Shown: positions 41,765 to 51,144 of the stretch, piece after piece
Numbering within the stretch: position 1 is the stretch's first letter
Layout of the letters: each line of letters starts with the position of its first letter
NCBI GenBank assembly: GCA_963806855.1
Contig: CAWDYW010000001.1
Location: 96,001 to 160,000, forward strand
Direction: 5' to 3'
Length of the DNA stretch: 64,000 bases
Origin: an uncultured Verrucomicrobiae bacterium
Lineage (GTDB): Bacteria; Chlamydiota; Chlamydiia; Chlamydiales; Rhabdochlamydiaceae
Made by a program: the position numbers and the translations under genes
Notes under the pieces: model-generated
Databases searched by the model: none
The model's input: the letters and a program-made list of their open reading frames with translations, nothing else
Told to the model about the DNA's origin: nothing

Positions 41765-41833
41765 TTACCGGCGGAGGCCGGTCGTTGTGGTCGTAAGAAG
41801 GGTGGTAAGCTTAAAGGAAGCTTTTCTTCTCAT
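41765..41833 (-). CDS. Putative Thr-rich leader peptide (22 aa, MRRKASFKLTTLLTTTTTGLRR)
   Basis: 7 Thr in 9 consecutive codons (ACC ACC CTT CTT ACG ACC ACA ACG ACC), between a consensus promoter and the symporter-thrS genes. Confidence 0.85.
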   Translation of the reverse strand: MRRKASFKLTTLLTTTTTGLRR

Positions 41834-41841
41834 AATGATCC

Positions 41842-41870
41842 ATTATAGAGTAAAGCCGAGGAATTGTCAA
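41842..41870 (-). promoter_or_regulatory. Consensus sigma66/sigma70 promoter TTGACA-N17-TATAAT
   Basis: -35 at 41870-41865, -10 at 41847-41842, 8 nt before the leader ATG. Confidence 0.85.
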
Positions 41871-41898
41871 TATTGCAAAAACAATTTTTTCTGGCTTA

Positions 41899-41927
41899 GC
41901 GGCAAAGTTGCAAATCAACTTTGCCGC
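41899..41927. repeat. Operator-like inverted repeat gcggcaaagttg-caaat-caactttgccgc
   Basis: Perfect 12-bp arms; related copies at 44290-44355. Confidence 0.7.
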
Positions 41928-42085
41928 GGATTGTAAAATCTTATGTTTAGTTCTTCTGCAAGAGAATGCGGGCGATAGGATCACATTTTCACAAAAAAAT
42001 TGTTATTAGTTAAATTTTTTTTGATCTTTATAACAATTAGTTAAAGTATAATATATACATAAAGTTATAATTAAGTGAGGAAATT

Positions 42086-42807
42086 ATGAGTGGATTGCCT
42101 GGTATTGGTCAGTGATGCAGATGATGCTGATAGTGATGGTTATTACAATTATGCGAGCCAGTTGGGAAAAAACAGAGGACAGGAGACGGGCCGCAAGAGG
42201 GAGCCACTACTGTCGAGGGGAATGGAAACGACGTAGATACTAAGACATCAGGGGTATTTACATCCGGGTGGGGGTGAATGCAGCCAATGGTTCAAAGCGC
42301 CCCGCTTTCTGTCAAAAGCAGAACAATTGACACTACCTAATGGAATAACTTATACAACTTATGTAGGCGGCTTACAAAACCGCAAGCCTCATGGAAAGGG
42401 GAAAGGGACTGGAGCTAATGGAATAAGTTATGATGGCGAATAGCGAAATGGCGGTTGCATGGAAAGGGAAAATAGTTCGGCCTGATGGAGCCATTTATGA
42501 AGGGGAGTTCAAAATATGGCGATGCATGGAAAGGGAAAACAGATTCGATCTGATGGAACTGTTGCTTATGAAGGCGACTTCCAAAATGGCAAGCGTCATG
42601 GAAAGGGAAAACAGAGGCGACCTGATGGAGCCATTTATGAAGGCGAGTTCAAAAATGACGCGTCATGGAAAGGGAAAATGGGCTCAACCTAATGGAATAA
42701 CTTATGAAGGCGACTTCCAAACTGGCGAGTGGCATGGAAAGGGAAAATGGACTGGACCTAATGGAACAACTTATGAAGGCGCCTGGGTAAATGGTAAAAG
42801 GCTTTGA
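42086..42807 (+). pseudogene. MORN-repeat protein, copy 1 (multiple frameshifts)
   Basis: Repeated YEGDF.NG..HGKGK...PDG units across frames; ATG after GAGG. Confidence 0.7.
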
Positions 42808-42831
42808 ACCGAAACTTTTACTACGATAGGT

Positions 42832-44262
42832 TTAAGGTTTAGATTTTAAAAATTCGGAGAAATCGACAATTCTGGCAAAAAATCCGCTGTCTTCGACCTT
42901 TTCATCGACGCCATTCACATGGATTAGAACTGGACGACAGGAGAAACCTCGAGGCAATTGCAATGCCCGCAGTTTCTCTTCAACTTCCTTTACAACTTCC
43001 ATTCCTATTTTTCCTTGCATAAATTTTACTTCGCAGATGTATATGCAATTAAAACGAGTTTGAATTAGATAGTCGATTTGGCAACCTTTTCGACGAACTT
43101 GCGGAGTTTGGAGATAGGGGGCGGCAAAGATCACTTCATCCGGCGAGATGCCGAGAAGGTTTTGAAGAATGTCGCCATTATTGACCACTAGGTTTTCAAA
43201 TTGCAGTCCTAAAATAGAGTACCAGCCCGTAGGCAATTTTCTTACTTTCCCTTCTTCAATTTGCTCGCGATTGGGATGAATGTATTTGAGATAAAACCGA
43301 AGATAATTATCGCTTAATCGATATCGACTAGTTGTGGATTTGGTTTTTTTTGCAAAGCTCCAGGTGTAGTCCCGCGATATAAAGCCAGCTTGAGTTAACT
43401 CATCGAGCGAATCACTAAAATCTCCGCCAGAAGAACATCCAAGTTCTGAGGCGATCTGTGTTGCTGAGAGGCGGTTATCAACGAGCGTTTGCACGATTTG
43501 TTTATAAAAAGGACCTTTGTTTCGAAATAAATCATGAAAGATTTGGTCGAATTCTTGGAATAAAAGACCTTCAGAATCAAAACCCATTCGTTGAATATTG
43601 GCTTCGGCTGTGAGGTCGGGTCTTAGTTCTTCAAGATAACGGGGAATTCCCCCAGTGACTGCGAGGATTTTAAATTTTTCATATGGAGCTACGATGCCAG
43701 GCCAATCCTCCCAAAAGACATTGCAATCCTCTATAGGAAGTTCTTTTAACAAAATACGCAATGAAACTCTGCCATAGAAACCAGTGCTGCTCAGGATATT
43801 TTTTTGAATCCAAGTTGAATTAGAACCTGTGATGATCATGATCAGCTTATTATTTTTTTTAAAGTGCCGGTCCCAGGCTGTTTTGAGTTTTGGCATAAAG
43901 GTTGGATCTTTAGAACCCATCCAGGTGATCTCATCTAAAACGATTAGGATCCGCCCTTTTGTTGTTTTTTCAGAAAGATCATAAAATAGATTGCCCCAAT
44001 CATCGCTGCGGTAAATGGGAAGATCATATTCCTGAAGCTGTCGTAAGAATTCTGCTCTTTGTTCTTCAGCGGTCACTCCGTCAGCAGGAGGGATTCCAGT
44101 GAGAATGATAGACTTCGGAAAAGTTTTTGCATATTCCTCGCAAAGACGACTTTTTCCTATTCGGCGCCGTCCTCTGATCACAACGAAACTGGAAATCTTT
44201 TTTTTGGAGAGCCCAATCAGGGACTCCATCTCTTTTTCCCGCCCAATGAAACGATCTACCAT
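42832..44262 (-). CDS. Archaeal-type ATPase (ATPase_2) with C-terminal PD-(D/E)XK-like nuclease domain
   Basis: FIGREKE, Walker A GRRRIGKS, IVLDEI, TGGIPRYL, QIDYLI...ICEVK. Confidence 0.8.
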   Translation of the reverse strand: MVDRFIGREKEMESLIGLSKKKISSFVVIRGRRRIGKSRLCEEYAKTFPKSIILTGIPPADGVTAEEQRAEFLRQLQEYDLPIYRSDDWGNLFYDLSEKTTKGRILIVLDEITWMGSKDPTFMPKLKTAWDRHFKKNNKLIMIITGSNSTWIQKNILSSTGFYGRVSLRILLKELPIEDCNVFWEDWPGIVAPYEKFKILAVTGGIPRYLEELRPDLTAEANIQRMGFDSEGLLFQEFDQIFHDLFRNKGPFYKQIVQTLVDNRLSATQIASELGCSSGGDFSDSLDELTQAGFISRDYTWSFAKKTKSTTSRYRLSDNYLRFYLKYIHPNREQIEEGKVRKLPTGWYSILGLQFENLVVNNGDILQNLLGISPDEVIFAAPYLQTPQVRRKGCQIDYLIQTRFNCIYICEVKFMQGKIGMEVVKEVEEKLRALQLPRGFSCRPVLIHVNGVDEKVEDSGFFARIVDFSEFLKSKP

Positions 44263-44289
44263 TATATTTCCTCCAAGAAATTGCAAAAA

Positions 44290-44355
44290 CAACTTTTCCG
44301 CGCTTTTTAAAGCATATAAAATCCGCGGAAAAGTTGCAAATGCAATTTTGCCGCG
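44290..44355. repeat. Three alternating copies of the cgcgg(a/c)aaa(g/a)ttg motif upstream of the ATPase
   Basis: caacttttccgcg (44290-302), cgcggaaaagttg (44324-336), caattttgccgcg (44343-355). Confidence 0.7.
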
Positions 44356-44495
44356 CTATCAAATTTTATATTTAATGAGGTGGCGCGCTCACATTTTCAC
44401 AAAAAAATTGCTGCTAATTAAATATTTTTTTGAGTCTGCGAACAAGTCGTTAAATATGTATAATTAATAAAGTAATAATTATAAGCGAGGAAATT

Positions 44496-45642
44496 ATGAA
44501 CGGATTACCAAAAGTTAATAGTGTTGAATCAACTGATCATGCAGCAGCGAGTTGTTGCAGAATTAGCCGAGCCCGTTGTGAAAAAACAGCGGACAGGAGG
44601 CGGGCCACAAGATGGAGCTACCCTTTTCGATGAGAATATAAATAACGTAGACGCTAAGACATCAGGGGTATTTACTTCCAGGATGGGGATTAATGAAGAG
44701 AATGGTTCAAAGGCCCCGGCTGCAATTGCGCTGACAAAACCAGAACAAATTAAACTATCTGATGGATCTATTTATGATGGCGCCCACAAAATGGCATGCC
44801 TCATGGGAAGGGAAAATTGATGCGACCTGATGGAGCTAGTTATGATGGCGAGTGGATAATTGGCATGCTTCATGGAAAGGGAAAAGAGATTCGACCTGAT
44901 GAAACTATTGCTTATGATGGCGAATGGAGAAATAATATGCTTCATGGAAAGGGGAAAATGATGCGTTCTGATGGAACTATTATTTTGAAGGCGAATGGAA
45001 AATGGCATGTTGATGGAAAGGGGAAAGCGATGCGTTCTGATGGAACTATTATTTTGAAGGCGAATGGAAAATGGCATGCTTCATGGAATGGGAAAAGAGA
45101 TTCGATCTGATGGAACTATTGCTTCTGAAAACGAATGGAGAAATGGCATACTTCATGGAAAGGGAAAAGAGACTCTAGGTAAAGGAAATAGTTATGAGGG
45201 CGGCTTCCAAAATGGCATGAGGCATGGAAAGGGAAAAGAGACTCGGCCTGATGGAACTATATATGAATGCGACTTCCAAAATGCCAGGCCGCATGGAAAG
45301 GGAAAAGTGACTCTACCCGATGGAAGAATTTATGAAGGCGACTTCCAAAATGGCATGAGGCGTGGAAAGGGAAAAGAGACTCAACTTAATGGAACTATTT
45401 ATGAAGGCGACTTCCAAAATGGCATGTGGCATGGAAAGGGAAAAGTGACTCTAGGTAATGGAAATAGTTATGAAGGCGACTTCCAAAATGCCAGGCCGCA
45501 TGGGAATGGAAAAGAGATTCGACCTGATGGAACTATTTTCTGAAAGCGAATGGAATAATGGCAACTACATGGAAAGATGAAAGAGATTCGACCTGATGGA
45601 ACTATTAAGGAAAGCGAGTGGGAAAATGGCAAAAGGAAATAG
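44496..45642 (+). pseudogene. MORN-repeat protein, copy 2 (multiple frameshifts)
   Basis: About a dozen 23-24-aa MORN units; N-terminus and upstream DNA homologous to copy 1. Confidence 0.7.
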
Positions 45643-45695
45643 AACCTAACCATTTTTAATTCATTAAAAATTTCGGTAGCCTCATATTAGGTTCT

Positions 45696-48183
45696 ATGGA
45701 TATGAGTGTCATCCTAGATCTTCAGAGAGAGCATGAGGCTGTTGAGGGGCTTTTAGATCAATCCGTCTTCAATTTTCGAGCCAAAAGTCGCGCTGTTCTA
45801 TTGGCAGGTCATCTGCTCGACGAAGAGGGCAATTTCCGTCATTTGAATGAGACGATCAAAGCGATAGGCTATGTTCTGGGGCCTCGAAGCTATAACGATG
45901 GAGATATCACTCAATCATTTTTTACGGGTCCTCCATGCACTGCGTTCAAGCCCTCGTCTGGCCCAAAAAGTAAAGAGTTTTGGGTTGCCGTTATCCGACC
46001 CCAAACTCAACGAAATGATCGCCACCACGTTGGATGTTGAGGTCGAACTGACCGATCGGCATGTCATTTGCGCGATCTTGTCGGCTCTGCTTTGTCCTCT
46101 GCGGCAGAGTGTTGGGTCTTGTTTTGCGACGGCGCCGGCCATATTGGTCCATGAGGAGCAGCTCGAACTTTTTCTCGATGACATGCAACAGCTGCTCTAT
46201 AAGGGGCACTCTGACTCGTGTTTCGGGAGGGGTGGAGTCTACGGTGCCGATCAGCCCATCGCCGGGGATCGGGGAATTGAAGAAGGACTATCAGCCTCAT
46301 CATCCTGGCTTTACTAAAGCGCTGGGCTCGGTTGGTCTCACTGCCGGTGACCATATCTGGCCAAAGCTATTTGGAAGTCCTCGAATCGCTTGTTTTAGAG
46401 AAATTCGAGCTTAAAAAGAGGGATCTCACTAGAGCTACGCAGCGCCATACCCCGAAATTAGAGCGGATTGAAATGGCAAAGCAGATGCTCCAAAAGGCCA
46501 AGTGGGTGATGGTGGCCTTTTCGGAGCATTTGCTGCTCAAGGTGTGGGAGTTTACGCTCGCCTCTTTTGTCGATGTGAAGACAGAATTTTCAAGATGGAA
46601 TCTCTACTCGAGCTTGGGGCTGCATCCTGAGGAGAAGGGGGGCATTGGAGAACTGATCTATCACCAGTTGCAGCATCTCCTCGATGAGGCCAACAAAAAG
46701 CTCGAGTCATTACCAACAAGAATACGAAATCGCGTTCGATCAGGTGCGGGCGACCGAGCAGTTGCTCAAGGGCGCAAGCTCGGAAGCCGATGCGCGGAGG
46801 TTAAAGGCAGAGCATCAGTCGCGGGTCTATCACATGTATGCCTGCTTGGAGATGCGCGATAAATGGAACAAACACGCGCAGAATACATCCAACTTTTTCT
46901 CTTTTCTCATTGAGCAGATCGTCGCGAAGTTCCAAGAGTTTTTCCAAGAGGTCTACGACGCGGAGATGGGGGAGATCAAAGGGACGATCTATGATGACAG
47001 TCCGGCGGGGTTTCGGCTCGTCTATAAAAATCGGCGGGCTCATGTGGGCAGCTGGACCTTCATCCATACGAAAGAAGAGTACATTCAGGCGCTCAAAGAT
47101 TTTTTTCTTGCCATTGAGAATCCACTAATCGAGGCGTGCGCGTGGGAGGAGGGAAAAGAGGAGATCTCCCGTTTGATCACGGCGATCATCCATCTGGTTG
47201 GGGCGGAGGAGTTCCTCGTTTCGGCGTTTTATCGGATGGCAAAGGCCCATCGGGTGCCGCTGCAGAAAGTGGATCTAGAGAAGATGGAGAAGAAGCCATG
47301 GGCCTATACGTCGGGCGGGACGATCGTCACCCTGCTGAAAACCTATTTTCGTAGGGAAGGGTCCCTTTCTGAAGAGGCCCGCTGGGTCGATAGCCCCCAA
47401 GATCTGCTGATTTTTATCATCGAGACGCTCAAAATGCTCCCCCCGATGGTGACCGATCCGTTTATTCGGGATCCAGAGAGGCGGATGTTGATGACGGGGC
47501 CGACGCATGCCTTTTCGCTGCTCCCGGGTAAATTTAGACAAGGATGGGAAGACCGTGGCTTTACTTATACTTGGGTGCGCGATCAGATCTTTCTTCCTCA
47601 GCGAGAATTTTATGATGCGATTCGGTTGCAGTCCCATGAGCAGCTCTACTTAGTCGATGAATTGGCCAGCCGCCTTCCTCTCTTGCAGGGGCACGAGCTG
47701 CGGAGGCAATTTCAGATAAGAGATAAGCCGCTGACAGTGGCTGCATTCCGAGAGCTGCTGCCCAAGAGTGCCGCGATTGATGGGTTTCTGTTTGAAATGC
47801 TCCCTTTGGTAAATCCAGCTAAATTATTGGATGAGCTCAACCTGAAGCTCCCGATTTATGGCTTCATTGGAAGGCGAGTGCTCCATGATCAGATCGTCGC
47901 TACTGTCCCTGCCGTCCAATCGGTCGATTTCCATGTGGAGCTGGCAAATTTGATGGAGAAGAGGGGGCTCGCTCCGCCGAAGCCTCTGATTTTTGCCGAC
48001 ACCAACTGGTCGAAGTTCTTTTTTTCTTTCCTTGTGAATCCATCATCCGGTGAACTCGAACTGTGGCGCACCGATAAGATCGGGCTTACTGGCGCGCCGA
48101 TGAGTGAGTGGGAGCCATTTCTCAATGGCACACTCAAAGAGCACTGGGGCATCTTCTGCAGGCCGCACGAATATTTGAAATAA
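45696..48183 (+). CDS. Large hypothetical protein (~830 aa) split by about four frameshifts
   Basis: Overlapping ORFs 45696, 45871, 46061, 46332, 46684 hand over between frames and read as one protein. Confidence 0.65.
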
Positions 48184-48193
48184 TTGCTTACGA

Positions 48194-48222
48194 TTGCCAT
48201 TTATTATAAGTATGAGTAGACT
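48194..48222 (+). promoter_or_regulatory. Possible sigma66 promoter TTGCCA-N17-TAGACT
   Basis: Correct spacing, 12 nt upstream of ATG 48235. Confidence 0.4.
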
Positions 48223-48234
48223 CTCTCATTTGAT

Positions 48235-49473
48235 ATGAAAGCTCTATACCTATCTCTTATACTTTGTTCTTCCATAGGACTCCAAGCTGCGACGATCGAT
48301 GTGAATCGCGATCTGGAAGATAACGATATCCGCGCTTTAAAAGAGTGGATCGATACCAAGCGTCAAGTCTCGTTAAAAGAGATTGGCGGCGACCTTTCGA
48401 TCAGCGGTGAGGTACGGACCGAATTTCAGAGCGCCTGGGAGACCCGCAATGGCAGAGAATTGCGTGGAACTCGAGAAAGCGATCTATTCCCCGCTCGCGG
48501 ATTCGATATCGAATTCAACTTGATGTTCGACTACCGCACCGATCGGACTTGGGCTGCTGTGAAGATCGAATTCGATAACAACGCTGGTGTATTTAGCGGT
48601 TCTGTCGACGCATTGTCTCTCGAAAAATGCTACTGGGGTGTCCGTGCAGTCAGCTGCGATACATCTACTCTCGACATCGAAGTCGGCCGCCGCCCATTCT
48701 TAAACGTATTCGATTCGAAAATTGAATTTGGCTCCACTTTTGATGGAATCCTCTTCCGCTTTGCCCGCACTTATGAAAAGATCGGCGATCATTATTTCCA
48801 TATTGGTCCTTTTGTCATCAATGAGAGGCGCGATCAGTATGGCGTCATTGCTGAAACTGGCCTGCTCAATATCGGCGGTACTGGATTTTACACAAAACTG
48901 TCGGTCATCGATTGGCATACAAAGCATTATAAGAGAAGTTTTGTCACAGATCGCTTTCGGTTTGTCGTTTTGCAGTGGATTCCTGCCTACCGTTTCAAAA
49001 TTGGATGCAAAAAGCGACTTGCGATCATCTACTCTGCTATTTTATGGAACACCATCGCTAAAAAACTGCCTGTTTCCGATTTCAAAAAAGCGAATCTCGG
49101 GGGCTATGTCGGCTTTTCTTATGGACAGTTACTCAAGCAGTGGGACTGGGCCTTTGATATCAACTACCAAGTCGTTGGCGCTCAATCGATCCCTGACTTT
49201 GATGTCTCTGGAATCGGCTTAGGCAATGCCAATAGGTCGGGCTTCTACACCGAGACGCTCCTCCCTCTTAACGGGCCCCTAGTCGTGCCCACCACACGGG
49301 CGACGGCGGCTGGGATGACCAATTATCGTGGTTTTGCTATTCGCTTCGACATTCTGCTCACCGACAAGCTCGATATGCAGCAGAGCTATCAACAGTCGAT
49401 CACTCTCGACAGTCGCATCGGTCCATTCCGTCGCTACAAGCAATACGAGATGGAATTCATCTACAGCTGGTAA
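48235..49473 (+). CDS. Chlamydial outer-membrane beta-barrel protein (resembles CT623/76-kDa-homolog family)
   Basis: Signal peptide, amphipathic strands, AQSIPDFDVSGIG motif, C-terminal EFIYSW. Confidence 0.65.
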   Translation: MKALYLSLILCSSIGLQAATIDVNRDLEDNDIRALKEWIDTKRQVSLKEIGGDLSISGEVRTEFQSAWETRNGRELRGTRESDLFPARGFDIEFNLMFDYRTDRTWAAVKIEFDNNAGVFSGSVDALSLEKCYWGVRAVSCDTSTLDIEVGRRPFLNVFDSKIEFGSTFDGILFRFARTYEKIGDHYFHIGPFVINERRDQYGVIAETGLLNIGGTGFYTKLSVIDWHTKHYKRSFVTDRFRFVVLQWIPAYRFKIGCKKRLAIIYSAILWNTIAKKLPVSDFKKANLGGYVGFSYGQLLKQWDWAFDINYQVVGAQSIPDFDVSGIGLGNANRSGFYTETLLPLNGPLVVPTTRATAAGMTNYRGFAIRFDILLTDKLDMQQSYQQSITLDSRIGPFRRYKQYEMEFIYSW

Positions 49474-49572
49474 ATCTATGGGTGCACCGATTTTAAGGTG
49501 ATGGATGAGAAGATCGAACTCTTCCTCAAGGATATGGATTCAGTTAGATGGCGGTCAAAGGAGATTGAACCT

Positions 49573-49899
49573 CTAATTGGGCCGTGTGTAAAAATAAGTA
49601 AAAAGGCGCGCGGATAATGCTCCACCTACAGTGACAATGCAAATAGTCAGTCTCGATGTTCCGAGCACGCTAGATACTGCAAATCCTACAGCGGCTCCTG
49701 CAGCAGTTACTGTGGTCGCAACAAATGGATATAATCTTTCGGTTTCATCTCGAACACGTTGGAATGCAGTCTTTGCTTCCGCAAGTCTTCTTACAACATC
49801 CCTGGTTTGTTGTGCTATTACTTGAATTCTATTGTAGTCAGCATGATTTTGATAGTTATCAAGACCGTTATTAGCCACTTGATCAATGGGTAATCCCAT
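49573..49899 (-). CDS. Inc-like protein (coiled coil plus bilobed hydrophobic domain)
   Basis: ~45-aa two-lobed hydrophobic C-terminal stretch; SD AAGGAG. Confidence 0.6.
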   Translation of the reverse strand: MGLPIDQVANNGLDNYQNHADYNRIQVIAQQTRDVVRRLAEAKTAFQRVRDETERLYPFVATTVTAAGAAVGFAVSSVLGTSRLTICIVTVGGALSARLFTYFYTRPN

Positions 49900-50086
49900 A
49901 AACTCTCCTTTTTTGTATCAACATGGAAATCATACACTAAATCAAATTAAAATCGATATTAAAAAATCAATATAACACTTTGCTTGTGAGAAAAATCCGG
50001 ATTTTAAATTGAGACTTTTGTTTGGTTGAAAAAATTAATTATTCTTGCGTTAAAATAGAGCCGCCACATAATATATCGTCAATATT

Positions 50087-50422
50087 TTGGAGATTGTTTT
50101 GTTACAACCAGTAATTCATAGAAGACCACAGGCTGGATCGGAAGCACTAAATAATATATCTCAAAATGTGCATATAGAGGAAAATCGCTTGCGGGCTATG
50201 GAGCGAACATTGAATAAAACTCTTGAAGCTATCGAACGTGCAGACCAAAAAAATGATAGTTTGAAATCAACCATCAGCCTTTCATCAGCAGTAACCAGTG
50301 GCTCAGTCGGCTTTATAGCGCTTTCAGCCTTTTCAATTCCCTTTGTATTTGCTGCCCTTGCGGGTGGAGGAACTGCTTGGATAACTTATCAATTTGTAAC
50401 AAGATCTTTAACAAGGAAGTGA
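50087..50422 (+). CDS. Inc-like protein
   Basis: Coiled coil then bilobed hydrophobic stretch; start may be TTG 50099. Confidence 0.6.
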   Translation: MEIVLLQPVIHRRPQAGSEALNNISQNVHIEENRLRAMERTLNKTLEAIERADQKNDSLKSTISLSSAVTSGSVGFIALSAFSIPFVFAALAGGGTAWITYQFVTRSLTRK

Positions 50423-50426
50423 ACTT

Positions 50427-50708
50427 ATGGCAAGTGGAGTACCTAATTGCTATGCATATAACCCACACGATGCAATCGCTGCTGACCAGCAATCGCAAGC
50501 ATGTGCAGAAGAACTTGTAACTGCAAATGAGTTACTTCGGACAGCAGAGCGGGACATCGAAGAAGTTAATATGCAAACTCAAGCTCTAGAGAAGAGGATT
50601 AATTCATTAAATAACCTCTCTAATGCAGCCCTAAAAGTAACAGTTGCCGTAGCGGGTGTCGTGGCTTTCTACATTTTAGATGGTGTCATGCATCGCTATT
50701 TTAAATAG
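50427..50708 (+). CDS. Tail-anchored coiled-coil protein
   Basis: Heptad-like ELVTANELL...INSLNNL followed by a C-terminal TM helix. Confidence 0.6.
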   Translation: MASGVPNCYAYNPHDAIAADQQSQACAEELVTANELLRTAERDIEEVNMQTQALEKRINSLNNLSNAALKVTVAVAGVVAFYILDGVMHRYFK

Positions 50709-50718
50709 GAAGAAAAAG

Positions 50719-51135
50719 ATGAGCTCAATATCGATCAATGATCTGCCAAATGAAATGATAGGTGAGATCTTTAGGCAATCGGATACTGTTGATAAACTTT
50801 ATATGCGTGAGGTATGTCCCAATTGGAATCGAGTTTCCGAAGATTTGATACCTCCTCATCTTATTGAAGCCCTCCAGCAATTAAATGACATCAAAGTTCA
50901 AGCTGACGATGCTGAAAAAGAGGTGAATGCACTCGCTGACCGAGCTTCTCGACTTGAAACAGTTCAAGATAATATGGATAACCTTTGTGTTGCTGCCGCC
51001 CTTGCCTCAGTTGGGTCTGCTTTTATTTATAGTGGTTCTCAAGCCATTGAAGCAATGACGGAACAAATGAGAAAAGATATCGAAGCAAATCCTGCTGAGT
51101 ACGCGCGCAGGAATGAGCAGTGTTCGATCCTATAG
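50719..51135 (+). CDS. F-box protein with C-terminal CaaX motif (candidate effector)
   Basis: INDLPNEMIGEIF...MREVCPNWNRVS F-box consensus; ends CSIL-stop. Confidence 0.75.
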   Translation: MSSISINDLPNEMIGEIFRQSDTVDKLYMREVCPNWNRVSEDLIPPHLIEALQQLNDIKVQADDAEKEVNALADRASRLETVQDNMDNLCVAAALASVGSAFIYSGSQAIEAMTEQMRKDIEANPAEYARRNEQCSIL

Positions 51136-51144
51136 CCCAACCTT

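Noticed and set aside
41703..41870. T-box riboswitch upstream of thrS
   Set aside because: Leader is too short, lacks the T-box UGGNACC motif and an intrinsic terminator; a translated Thr-rich peptide fits better
44780..45620. CRISPR-like periodic repeats
   Set aside because: 69-72-bp period encodes MORN peptide repeats; no unique spacers and no cas genes
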